From the IMG/VR virus record IMGVR_UViG_2061766007_000514: DNA of 64,000 nucleotides. The stretch is one strand, 5' to 3'. The translations under genes were made by a program, and so were the position numbers. Position 1 is the stretch's first letter. Every line of letters starts with the position of its first letter. This DNA comes from an uncultured virus (IMG/VR IMGVR_UViG_2061766007_000514). Its lineage: Duplodnaviria; Heunggongvirae; Uroviricota; Caudoviricetes. Positions 54,273 to 63,229 of the stretch are shown here, one piece after another. A model generated the notes under the pieces. That model saw only the letters and a program-made list of their open reading frames with translations. It did not search any database and was not told the origin of the DNA.

Positions 54273-54296
54273 TTTACTGCCTCCAAACGAGTTTAA

Positions 54297-54866
54297 TTAC
54301 TGTCCAATAGAAAGTCTTCCAGTTCCTCGACGAACTTTAAACTGGTTTCCAATTACAACCCCATTCAAATTTCCATATCTCATTAATTCGTCGAAATATG
54401 TCATTCCTTTATGAGCATCACGGGCAATTTTAGTACTAGATACATCATAGCCAAGAGTATGCGCATTTGCCATCATCTGCCATGTTTTCTTTTCCATTTC
54501 TTCTAAATGACTATGACTATCTAGCATCTTTTTTAAATACTTAGTAGCTTTTTGACTAACTTTTTGCGCTCGCTTATCCTCTTGACCGTATTTGCCCATT
54601 TTATTTAAAGCTTTATTCGCGTATTTATTAGCTTTTTGTTTATAGGCCTCATAATCGCCTATAACATATGCCTGCTGTTTATCAAACTTATTTAAATCTC
54701 TTTGCAAATGCCGAGCACCACGGTCAGTCGGACCATACGTTCCACTATACCGTTTCCTACCGTCTGGAGTAAGAGATCCATCTTCATTCTGCCAACGACG
54801 GATGCCCCAACGCTGACCTTTTATACCATAGTGAAATAATTCGCCATTTACTAATGTATAATCCAT
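54297..54866 (-). CDS. basic protein with HxGxKGQRWGxRR N-terminal motif (putative internal virion protein)
   Basis: GELFHYGIKGQRWGIRRWQNEDGSLT. Confidence 0.65.
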   Translation of the reverse strand: MDYTLVNGELFHYGIKGQRWGIRRWQNEDGSLTPDGRKRYSGTYGPTDRGARHLQRDLNKFDKQQAYVIGDYEAYKQKANKYANKALNKMGKYGQEDKRAQKVSQKATKYLKKMLDSHSHLEEMEKKTWQMMANAHTLGYDVSSTKIARDAHKGMTYFDELMRYGNLNGVVIGNQFKVRRGTGRLSIGQ

Positions 54867-54878
54867 TTGTACTCATCC

Positions 54879-55325
54879 CTAAGCGCCTACTACTATATGA
54901 AGTTTTTTACTGCTATCATTGACATACATCTGCATAAATCGCTTACCACTCTCAACTTGCGCCGGATTGAGCTCTCTAGCATACTGTTTCTCCATCTTCT
55001 CATAAAATCGATTTGCCTTTTTTAAACTTCGAGCGTACTTCTTATGAGCGCGGCGATATTTCTGTGCAGTTCGAACTAAAGCATCATCAGATGTGTACCA
55101 CCTACGAGATTTCTTCTTCAGTTTACCAATCGCATGCTCAGACTTAATATACATTTTATCTGCTTTTGACTGAATCCGAAGCAGTTTATCAGAAGCCTTT
55201 CTATAACGCTGATAACCTTCAGGAGTTAAAGAGCCATCCTCATTCTGATAACGGCGAACTCCCCAACGCTGGCCTTTTGTACCATGGTGATAGAGTTCAC
55301 CATTAACTAACACATAATCACTCAT
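54879..55325 (-). CDS. basic protein with HxGxKGQRWGxRR N-terminal motif (paralog)
   Basis: GELYHHGTKGQRWGVRRYQNEDGSLT. Confidence 0.65.
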   Translation of the reverse strand: MSDYVLVNGELYHHGTKGQRWGVRRYQNEDGSLTPEGYQRYRKASDKLLRIQSKADKMYIKSEHAIGKLKKKSRRWYTSDDALVRTAQKYRRAHKKYARSLKKANRFYEKMEKQYARELNPAQVESGKRFMQMYVNDSSKKLHIVVGA

Positions 55326-57073
55326 CCAAACGCCTCTCTGTTCACTTTCCAAGCAATGAAAGCATCCATCATACTTGCAACAGGGTCAATCTTCTGCTCA
55401 TAACGACGCTTCCAAAGCTTTCTATTACCATTACTATCCTCAATCGTTATACAATTACCCATGGCGAATTGCATTATGGATTCATCAAATAATAAAAGCC
55501 GGTCCTCGGCCAACTTTCTCAGTTCACCAAGAGGCACCGACTCTGTTTTTACACCCTGTATAACTTTCTCAATTCCAAATGGCCCATTTTCTTGAGCCCA
55601 TCGATTGACAAACTCCTTAGCATTATACGGGTCATATCCAAAACAGCACACATCATACTCGTTATCGATAATATGCCGATCTAGATCTTCATAGACTTCT
55701 TCTAGATCAAGTACTGTTCCATTCAGAACCATCAAACTACCTTCTCGTATGAACTCTTCATACTTACTTCGCATAGCCGCTGGCAATTTCATTAATGTCT
55801 GTTCAGATATGTAATTTCTTGTCTTAACTCCGAACTGACTACCAGGTAAAGGAAATAGAAATGTAAAGGAGCAGAAGTCATCACCTTGAGAAAGGTCCGC
55901 ACCAAGAGCGCATTGCATCTGCCAATAACTCTTAGGCGGATGAGGAATCGTTTGCTCGTAGGTAAAGAAGTAAGTATAACCCTCCATCGGAATTCCAAAT
56001 CTTTTAGCTAGAATATCATTCCGATTAGCAGGAGCTGCTTCCATTCTTTCTACATCGGCCTGATATGCCTCGTAGGAAACACTTTGACCAATATTTGGAT
56101 TTGCCTTAATCCAAAGATCAGGTCGGGCTACTTCTGATACATCGTCAAGCTTATACCACCAGATAGAAGTATGAATGGCATTGTATTCGCCTTTTAAAAT
56201 CTTCATAAGTTCCATTTTGATGGTATCACCAGGGCCATTCCGGACAGTTCCTTCACTGCTGGTCGCTACTATAAGGTAGTCGGGAATATTACCCTTACTA
56301 GCACCCTGCTCAATAGCACCGATAACATCCTCACGAATATCACCAGAAAGCCATTCATCAATTGTCGCGACTTTACAACGTAACCCCTGAAGCTTATCAA
56401 TACTCATTGGTCTGATACGAAGAATAGAACCATTCAAGAAATTCTGAATTCCCATCTTCGTAGATGCTAATTTCACTCGATTAGCCTTAGAACCGGTTGT
56501 ATTTTGAAGTGAGCCTTCCGTTAAAAACTGAAACAATGGTCCACGGCTCCGAGTAATAGCTGTTCGAAGAGGCGAAAGCACTTCATCTGCCTGATCCATT
56601 GTCGGAGCAGTAGTAATCTGATCTGTTGTACTTAGATCAATGTTAAGAAATTGGTTATGGATGCAACTGTCGTAAATTGTCTTAGCTGCACCTCGACCAA
56701 CAATAAGAATCTGTTTATTAATCAGTCTTCGCTTAATTCGTTTCCGCACATAATGTCCACCATGACCACTCGGATCAGGTTGGTAAACACTTCTTTCGAT
56801 AAAATAATACCATCCGAAAATCTGTTCACCCCAAAGCTTGAAACTGTCCATTAATTCCAGATCGCTACCATCTGTCAGGGTTAATTCGTTCTCACAGCAA
56901 GCGATCCAACCTTCAACTGGATCAGGATCATAGTACACACCTGGATTTGCAATTAATTCATCGATGCGTTTCATCTCCATAGCGACAGTATCGCATACAG
57001 GAATTTCGCCACGAATCACGGCCTCTCTAAATTGGCCATAGTATTTCGGAACAGCCGTATTAGAGAGTGACAT
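55322..57073 (-). CDS. terL: terminase large subunit
   Basis: GRGAAKT Walker A, TIDE Walker B, GADLSQGDD nuclease, KIDPV. Confidence 0.9.
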   Translation of the reverse strand: MSLSNTAVPKYYGQFREAVIRGEIPVCDTVAMEMKRIDELIANPGVYYDPDPVEGWIACCENELTLTDGSDLELMDSFKLWGEQIFGWYYFIERSVYQPDPSGHGGHYVRKRIKRRLINKQILIVGRGAAKTIYDSCIHNQFLNIDLSTTDQITTAPTMDQADEVLSPLRTAITRSRGPLFQFLTEGSLQNTTGSKANRVKLASTKMGIQNFLNGSILRIRPMSIDKLQGLRCKVATIDEWLSGDIREDVIGAIEQGASKGNIPDYLIVATSSEGTVRNGPGDTIKMELMKILKGEYNAIHTSIWWYKLDDVSEVARPDLWIKANPNIGQSVSYEAYQADVERMEAAPANRNDILAKRFGIPMEGYTYFFTYEQTIPHPPKSYWQMQCALGADLSQGDDFCSFTFLFPLPGSQFGVKTRNYISEQTLMKLPAAMRSKYEEFIREGSLMVLNGTVLDLEEVYEDLDRHIIDNEYDVCCFGYDPYNAKEFVNRWAQENGPFGIEKVIQGVKTESVPLGELRKLAEDRLLLFDESIMQFAMGNCITIEDSNGNRKLWKRRYEQKIDPVASMMDAFIAWKVNREAFG

Positions 57074-57078
57074 TTTTC

Positions 57079-57107
57079 TTGCTCCTTTATATCAAACGTG
57101 ATAGAAT
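57079..57107 (+). promoter_or_regulatory. host sigma70/sigA-type promoter
   Basis: TTGCTC-17 nt-TAGAAT with TGn extended -10. Confidence 0.55.
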
Positions 57108-57137
57108 TATCTCAAATTTTGTAAAGGAGGTAATTCT

Positions 57138-57308
57138 ATGGGTTACAGAATCAGGATTTGGGATGAGGACGACAACGAATATACTGGTACTACCGTCTAT
57201 TCCACGTTTCGAGAAGCTTTACACCGTATGAACGAAGATATGGAAGAAGATACCTATATCGATGGTAAAGTAATTGTATGTTCAGAAGTCATTAGCGAAG
57301 ATGAGTAA
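57138..57308 (+). CDS. 56-aa acidic protein, opposite-strand moron (not in ORF track)
   Basis: SD AAAGGAGG; MGYRIRIWDEDDNEYTG...VISEDE; fills the intergenic gap exactly. Confidence 0.7.
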   Translation: MGYRIRIWDEDDNEYTGTTVYSTFREALHRMNEDMEEDTYIDGKVIVCSEVISEDE

Positions 57309-57905
57309 TTACTTTTTCTTTTTGTTCTCTTTATTATCAGTATTTAAATATTTCTGAAATTTATTAGGATAATCCTTAACGTCTTTAACTGTAGGTAAAT
57401 TATACTTTGTGAATGTATTGATGACTCTGGCACTTGCATTCCAAACGTTAATACCACTATTAACAAATTTAGCGACCTTTTGCATAGTGTCAGCCGTCTT
57501 CTCTACATATTCCATGCCTGTTTTCTTTTTAGGCATTAACTCCGCAAGCGACTTTTCTTTATTATTTCTAAGAATTACGGCATCAATCTCTGCATTAGTT
57601 AAATGCTTTCTGTACTTGTAAGCTGAAGAAATATCTCCAGACTCAATAATCTGTTTTTTCTTTTCTTCAGTTAATTCGTCGTCTTTTTTCTCTTCTTCAT
57701 GAAGTTTTTTAGGTAAGGTCTTTTGCTTATTTTTCTTAAATAAACCTCTATGTTTTCGCTTACTTTCATCTGCCTGAAAAGGTCTCTCCCCACTACCAAG
57801 AGGATATCTACCGGAACCTACCTTTGCGCCATCCCGTTTACTACGTCCGGAGTGCATTAAATAGAGTCGGCCATCTAATGACTCTACAATCTGATACTCA
57901 TCCAT
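57309..57905 (-). CDS. basic protein with H.G...GSGRYPLGSG N-terminal motif
   Basis: LMHSGRSKRDGAKVGSGRYPLGSGERPFQ; second half of track ORF 57309-58298. Confidence 0.6.
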   Translation of the reverse strand: MDEYQIVESLDGRLYLMHSGRSKRDGAKVGSGRYPLGSGERPFQADESKRKHRGLFKKNKQKTLPKKLHEEEKKDDELTEEKKKQIIESGDISSAYKYRKHLTNAEIDAVILRNNKEKSLAELMPKKKTGMEYVEKTADTMQKVAKFVNSGINVWNASARVINTFTKYNLPTVKDVKDYPNKFQKYLNTDNKENKKKK

Positions 57906-57929
57906 TTTGAATTNNNNNNNNNNNNNNNN

Positions 57930-58268
57930 NNNNNNNNNNNNNNNNNCGACGTTTAATCGCCATTCATATTCATTTATTTGCCTCTGAAAGCTTTCCAAAA
58001 TTACGCTCGATGCTGGAGGATCGAACATCAACTTAACTTTCAGATACATATAAGTTTTTACCAGCCCTAACTTTTGCCCAGCCGGGAGAAATTCGTCCCA
58101 TGTACTAAGTGCATCAGAGATCTCAAATCCACCCTTAGGACCAACACCAAGCTGGTGTAAAACCATAAAAGCACTATTAATATCAGTTATGATGGCTTCA
58201 TCAAAACTGTCATCTTCTTCTGTTAAACCAACATTTAACTTGATTGATGTTAAGATGCTATCTGTCAT
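57930..58268 (-). CDS. head-tail connector protein (end in N gap)
   Basis: MTDSILTSIK, QLGVGP, KLMFDPP, EWRLNV. Confidence 0.6.
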
Positions 58269-58279
58269 GTTATCCTCCT

Positions 58280-58693
58280 CTAACTTCTCCAGGGACAAGT
58301 ATCAAACCTGCTCCTCTGTATCACGGGAGGAGGAAGCAGTCTCTCATCGCCATAATGTATTGCGTTATGGGTTCTACGAGTTGTACAAATAAGATAGTCA
58401 GGGTTATACACCTCTGGCACAAGTTCAACCAGATCCGTAAGTTTTACTGGATTCATATGATGTATAATAATTAACCCATAAATGTCATAACCTTCCGAGG
58501 CCAGATCACAGCCAAGATCACGAACTATGACCTGGTCTCTTACGCGCTTCCACTCACTTGAATGATAAAATTTCTGATTCATCCACCGATCGAAACCAAA
58601 CGTTTCTTCAGCAACTCTACCATCTAGTTTGAGATAAGCGAAGCGTTCTTCAAAGGTTGGGAACTGGATTAGTTCAGAATATGTCCTCATCAT
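58280..58693 (-). CDS. HNH endonuclease (packaging-associated)
   Basis: RD.GCDL, IHHMNP, THNAIH. Confidence 0.8.
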   Translation of the reverse strand: MMRTYSELIQFPTFEERFAYLKLDGRVAEETFGFDRWMNQKFYHSSEWKRVRDQVIVRDLGCDLASEGYDIYGLIIIHHMNPVKLTDLVELVPEVYNPDYLICTTRRTHNAIHYGDERLLPPPVIQRSRFDTCPWRS

Positions 58694-59024
58694 CACTTTC
58701 TCCATTCCCACTATACTTGCGCATCGCTGCAATAGCTTTTGCATAGAGCTCCTCAGATGCTTTAGAAGCTTGTAATGCTTCTGTTTTAGCTTCTAGGAGC
58801 TCTTTCTGTTTTTCCATAATTTCTTTCTCAAGTCGCTCTTTTGTAGTAGCCAACTTAAGAAAATGGACCAACACCTGAGAAGATGCGGTCCCTTCAAGTA
58901 ATTGCTTTTCAGCTTGGTCAATCGCCAATGCTATTAATTGATTTTCTCGACCTTCCGGTGTCATTGCCGGTCGTAGTCTCTGGGGAGGTTCCGCTTCCCC
59001 GATACTCGCTTTTTTTCGAGGCAA
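58674..59024 (-). CDS. putative terminase small subunit
   Basis: RENQLIALA, GTASSQV..HFLK, coiled coil; upstream of HNH/terL. Confidence 0.5.
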   Translation of the reverse strand: MPRKKASIGEAEPPQRLRPAMTPEGRENQLIALAIDQAEKQLLEGTASSQVLVHFLKLATTKERLEKEIMEKQKELLEAKTEALQASKASEELYAKAIAAMRKYSGNGESDDEDIF

Positions 59025-59044
59025 AGCAGAGTCCTCCTTTCTGC

Positions 59045-59302
59045 TTAATACTCAAGAATTAAATGACCATTGTTATCTAGACTGTAATTCACAGACATAG
59101 AAGACGTACTATAACTAAGGATCAAATGTCCATTAGCATCAATACTAAATGTATAGTCATCGTAAGTCTTAATTGCTGCTATAAGATCAGGGAGATCATC
59201 AATAGTAGAATCGCTTGGAACTGTCACACCCTTATCTTCTACAGCATCAAAAGCTAAGTCACGTTTTGTAGTAATACGAGTAATTTCACTCTGGATGCTC
59301 AC
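59045..59302 (-). CDS. small fibre-associated protein
   Basis: MSI.SEI.RI...GVTVP...IDDL N-terminal motif shared with next gene. Confidence 0.5.
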   Translation of the reverse strand: MSIQSEITRITTKRDLAFDAVEDKGVTVPSDSTIDDLPDLIAAIKTYDDYTFSIDANGHLILSYSTSSMSVNYSLDNNGHLILEY

Positions 59303-59318
59303 CCAAGCACCCCCCCGT

Positions 59319-60212
59319 TCAAATGGCTGCTAAAGCGTCCTCAATGTCGCTCGTTAAACTCACCGTACCAGAACCATTATGGTAGCCAGCAGGAACTGTG
59401 TAACTCACCGTTGTAAGACCATCAATACTACCACTGATAGCAGCATTATTAGCCATTGTACCGGTTAACTGTACAGCAGCCCCGTTCTCAATACCATGGG
59501 CAGTCACGCCATAAAGAATATTAGCTGCTACTGCAGTATCTCCGGTTGTATCACCATACTGACCCGGGATAGCTGCTATAGTTACTTTACTAAGAACTTT
59601 ACCTGTCGTTGGAGTAACATTTTGACTTGAAGCACTGGGTGTTGCCGTTTTCTCTTCTAAAACGATTCCAACACTGCCAGAGCCATTATGGTATCCTGTA
59701 GGAACAATATAAGACTGATTATTTGCAGTTGCATCTAAGGTCTTACTCACAGCACCATTGTTAGGCATTGTACCAGTAAGTGTTGTACCATCAGAAGCCA
59801 CAATAATCTTCGGAGAAAGCACATCACTAGCGGTTGCATTGACTGACGATACATCCTGATAAGCAGCAGGTATAGCAGCAACTGTCACACCACTTAAACC
59901 ATAGTAACCACTATCTGCAGTGATACTCTGTTGACTCTTTGTTGGAGTAACCGATTTTGCCTGAAGTGTATAGTTACCACCACCGGCTACACCAGAAACA
60001 GTACCGGATCCATTGTGGTAACCCTCGGGGATTGTGTAGGTATCGCCTTCCTGAACAGTCGCAGAAACGGCACCACGATTAACGATACCATCAATTTCAT
60101 CGGCGAGATCATCGAGCAGATCAGTTGACTCACCCAGCCCGAGGTTCACCATCTTGTTGCGAATAGTATTTCTAGCCGCTTGTAATCGGGCTATTTCAGT
60201 TGCTGTGCTCAT
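59319..60212 (-). CDS. fibre-like structural protein with PxGYHNGSG repeats
   Basis: Three NxxAxS...YxxPxGYHNGSGxV repeats. Confidence 0.6.
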   Translation of the reverse strand: MSTATEIARLQAARNTIRNKMVNLGLGESTDLLDDLADEIDGIVNRGAVSATVQEGDTYTIPEGYHNGSGTVSGVAGGGNYTLQAKSVTPTKSQQSITADSGYYGLSGVTVAAIPAAYQDVSSVNATASDVLSPKIIVASDGTTLTGTMPNNGAVSKTLDATANNQSYIVPTGYHNGSGSVGIVLEEKTATPSASSQNVTPTTGKVLSKVTIAAIPGQYGDTTGDTAVAANILYGVTAHGIENGAAVQLTGTMANNAAISGSIDGLTTVSYTVPAGYHNGSGTVSLTSDIEDALAAI

Positions 60213-60220
60213 AACTCACC

Positions 60221-60508
60221 TCATATAGTACTAAGTAATGCATTAATATTACCGATTTCTGTATAAACAGCGGCTGCGGTAATTGGTCTTGTGTTATCTG
60301 CTTCCGGACTGTTGGCCGGGGTGATCCATTCAACATCGTAGTCCCCATCGGTCCTTTTTGCTAACAGATCACCCTGTAAACCGCCCATCGGAAGTTTAGT
60401 CTCGACATAATCACGAACTGCTTGCTGATCCATTCGGATACTAGTGGAATCAGCTTCGTCAACGTCAACGTCAATAGCTGAATTGGAGAATTCGGCATAA
60501 ACATTCAC
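60221..60508 (-). CDS. hypothetical structural protein
   Basis: GG..GDLLAK..D.DYDVEW; DNTRPITAAAVY. Confidence 0.5.
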   Translation of the reverse strand: MNVYAEFSNSAIDVDVDEADSTSIRMDQQAVRDYVETKLPMGGLQGDLLAKRTDGDYDVEWITPANSPEADNTRPITAAAVYTEIGNINALLSTI

Positions 60509-60828
60509 GCCTTATCCACCACCTTTAAACTTCCGCATTCAACAATATTGCACAGAAACAGACCGTTCTGATACCAGTCAAGAGAGTAAACATATGAGCC
60601 GACGGGAAACAGCTGACTCTCTTGCTCGGTAAGAGATAATTCAATTGTATTCTCTTCCAGATCTGTATATATCTTTTCGAGAATGAGTTCACCATTACGT
60701 TTTGTCTTAAATGTAAACTTAAAACTATCGTTTTCAGTGATTTCGGCTCCATGAATCTTAACTAATTCGGCAATTCCCCAGTCTCCTTCTACGAACTGAA
60801 GATTCTTACCGCTGGAACGCCATGCCAT
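60505..60828 (-). CDS. BppU-like N-terminal domain protein
   Basis: EGD, LSLT..ES, GSYVYSL. Confidence 0.45.
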   Translation of the reverse strand: MAWRSSGKNLQFVEGDWGIAELVKIHGAEITENDSFKFTFKTKRNGELILEKIYTDLEENTIELSLTEQESQLFPVGSYVYSLDWYQNGLFLCNIVECGSLKVVDKA

Positions 60829-60864
60829 TTTCTCACCTCGCTTATATGTACCTCTTGAATAAAT

Positions 60865-61128
60865 TTACTGTTTCAGTGCCTTAACTTCTCTTGCTCCATT
60901 CCAAGCAGCACAAATAGCGGCACTAAGGCAATCACCTATGATAAGCTGCGGAGTAAAAATACTGCCAAGCCAAGGAAGTACTTCGCTCCAAGTAGCAGGC
61001 GGCGTTGCTAAAGAAATAACAACAGCAGGTATCAGAGTACCTACAAACACCTGTACAAAAGTTTTAATAGTCCGAACTAACCAGTCCGGCATAGCCTTTT
61101 TTGCATGCATTTTGAATTCATCCTCCAA
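60865..61128 (-). CDS. holin
   Basis: RTIKTFVQ motif, two TM segments; adjacent to endolysin. Confidence 0.65.
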   Translation of the reverse strand: MEDEFKMHAKKAMPDWLVRTIKTFVQVFVGTLIPAVVISLATPPATWSEVLPWLGSIFTPQLIIGDCLSAAICAAWNGAREVKALKQ

Positions 61129-61936
61129 GTATTCCGGATAAAGACTTAGAATCTTCTTCTTCGAAACGCCGATTGTAATTTCTAATCATCTGCATGACTT
61201 CAGCGCGAGTAATCAGATCTTCTGGCCTTGTATCAGTTACGATTCCTTCCTTCAAAGCCCATTTAACCGTGTCGTCATACCAGTGTGTTACCGGTTCGGG
61301 TTTCTTAGGCATCCAAAGACCAGCAGCGTTCATATCCTCACAAGAGTCAAGATCAACAGCAAAATTAGGATCTGTGTCAATCTTAGCGGCAATCTCTTTA
61401 GACCGTTTATCCCCCTGCCAGGCATACTGTCTAACATTGGCGTTAACATGGTAATTCTTTGTCCAGGCTACACATTGCCAAGCATAATTACAAACGTGAT
61501 TGTCTAAACAATACTTAACAATCTTTTCGCCGCCATAGACACCGATCTTGTATGGACCTAAGGTTAGTGCAGCTGATTTCAGATACTGTCCACACATACC
61601 TAAATCATAGTCAGGCACATCGTAATCAGCCGCAAAGTAAATGACAGTACCATAAGGAACACCCATTGCCTCAGCTAAAGATCGTGCCCGAATACCATGA
61701 TCAGAACCTTTAGAACCGCCATATCTGATGTCAGAAGCGCCAAGTTCCCAACAAAGTAAAATTGCTAAACCTGCATTACGTAATATGTTAGCTTCATCTT
61801 CTGTTAAAGCTTTCCATGCTACAGTACCAGTTGCAGGCACGAGATAACGGCCAACAAAGCTTATTTTTGCGCGTATAGCATTATTGGCATGCTCTTCAGT
61901 AAGTTTTGCTGCCGTATCTATTCCTTGATAAGTCAT
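61118..61936 (-). CDS. endolysin (DUF1906/GH25-like glycoside hydrolase with SLH-like C-terminus)
   Basis: GIDT, FVGRYL, IYFAADYD, GVYG, WQCVAW; C-terminal WY...WA...G...RPED.ITRAE. Confidence 0.8.
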   Translation of the reverse strand: MTYQGIDTAAKLTEEHANNAIRAKISFVGRYLVPATGTVAWKALTEDEANILRNAGLAILLCWELGASDIRYGGSKGSDHGIRARSLAEAMGVPYGTVIYFAADYDVPDYDLGMCGQYLKSAALTLGPYKIGVYGGEKIVKYCLDNHVCNYAWQCVAWTKNYHVNANVRQYAWQGDKRSKEIAAKIDTDPNFAVDLDSCEDMNAAGLWMPKKPEPVTHWYDDTVKWALKEGIVTDTRPEDLITRAEVMQMIRNYNRRFEEEDSKSLSGILGG

Positions 61937-61938
61937 TC

Positions 61939-62229
61939 TTACTTCACTACTTTCCAGCGACGCATTTGATTGTATAAATCGTCGACGTAATTGTTTCCTT
62001 TTAACGCTTTGTATGCGGCAAAAATCGAATCAAGATTTTGACGCTCATATTCTCGCAGTGTCGGCTCCGCCTCATCGCAGTGTTTATAGTAAATTGCTGT
62101 GATGTCGTTACGAAGCTGACACTGCTGCCCTTCTGCTATGTCTCTGATCTTATTGCCGAATGCAACGAGCGTAATTAGGAAACCAATAAGGGTACTCATA
62201 TACCCTATGAATTGTACTATTGGTTCCAT
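61939..62229 (-). CDS. holin-like membrane protein
   Basis: N-terminal TM; LR..I, Y.ALKGN. Confidence 0.55.
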   Translation of the reverse strand: MEPIVQFIGYMSTLIGFLITLVAFGNKIRDIAEGQQCQLRNDITAIYYKHCDEAEPTLREYERQNLDSIFAAYKALKGNNYVDDLYNQMRRWKVVK

Positions 62230-62244
62230 AGGCGTATTCTTCCT

Positions 62245-62904
62245 CTATCTACCATAAATTCTATAAAGATATAGATTAGATATAGTATTTGAAGATAAAC
62301 GAATATTCGTATCTGACGAACTTGATACACTAATAGCCCCAACGACTGTTCCACGACTTATTGGAACAGAAATAGTGTACGATCCTATTAGATTAGCAGG
62401 AAGTGTGACTATTGAACGCGATGAACCAGTTGATGTTGAGGCAAGAAACAATAATGTAATATCGCGATAATCGGTCTTCTTAGTAACTCCATTTGGATAC
62501 GTCAATGTTAAATCTGTAGTTCCACTAGTCGGTATCTCCAAAGGCAACTCACCACTAGCAGGTTGCCAGATTGTACGATATTGTAAACTTGGCACGACTT
62601 TCCAATCCGTCCACGTAGCACCCGAATCGCTGGTATATCTGCNNNNNNNNNNNNNNNNNNNNNNNNNNNNNNATTGTATAACTGTCTTAGCAGAGTCAAC
62701 GCCCCGTCGTAAACAAATGAGCCAACCATTATTATATATATTTCCACTTGCACCGTAAGGTGCATTTGCTGGAGCATAGCCCCATGTATAAATTCCTGTT
62801 TCTAAAATGTCGTTAAGATCGCCACCAGCTGATTCTCGTAGAATAGTTCGTGCGACAGGAAACCCAAAGCTTCCTAGGTCTCTTTTTATTGTGCCACTAG
62901 CCAC
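62245..62904 (-). CDS. tail-fibre-like protein (pyocin-knob-like domain)
   Basis: DLNDI.ETGIY, ANAP, WTDWK. Confidence 0.55.
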   Translation of the reverse strand: MASGTIKRDLGSFGFPVARTILRESAGGDLNDILETGIYTWGYAPANAPYGASGNIYNNGWLICLRRGVDSAKTVIQXXXXXXXXXXXRYTSDSGATWTDWKVVPSLQYRTIWQPASGELPLEIPTSGTTDLTLTYPNGVTKKTDYRDITLLFLASTSTGSSRSIVTLPANLIGSYTISVPISRGTVVGAISVSSSSDTNIRLSSNTISNLYLYRIYGR

Positions 62905-63209
62905 TATTCTTCATCTCCTTCAGACTCAGGTTCGGGGTCTGGTAATTCAGCCAATTTTCCAACTGCTGCCGACTCAATTACAATACCGTCAGAAACTCTG
63001 ACAATCTGGGCGATCTGAATCTGTCGATCATCTCTTTTGCAGAAAGCGCCAAGAACCTCATGCCACTCTCCACATGCACGGCTATGCGCCTTTACAATAT
63101 CATTATTATATGAACGACTGTCAAACAATTTAGGATAACCAGTTAACTGGTTATATGCCCCATTAGCATCCACAATCATGGCGCGGACTTCATATATTTC
63201 TCTCTGCAT
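62904..63209 (-). CDS. hypothetical protein
   Basis: 101-aa ORF with SD GGAGG. Confidence 0.55.
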   Translation of the reverse strand: MQREIYEVRAMIVDANGAYNQLTGYPKLFDSRSYNNDIVKAHSRACGEWHEVLGAFCKRDDRQIQIAQIVRVSDGIVIESAAVGKLAELPDPEPESEGDEE

Positions 63210-63229
63210 TTCTTATCCTCCAATTAATA

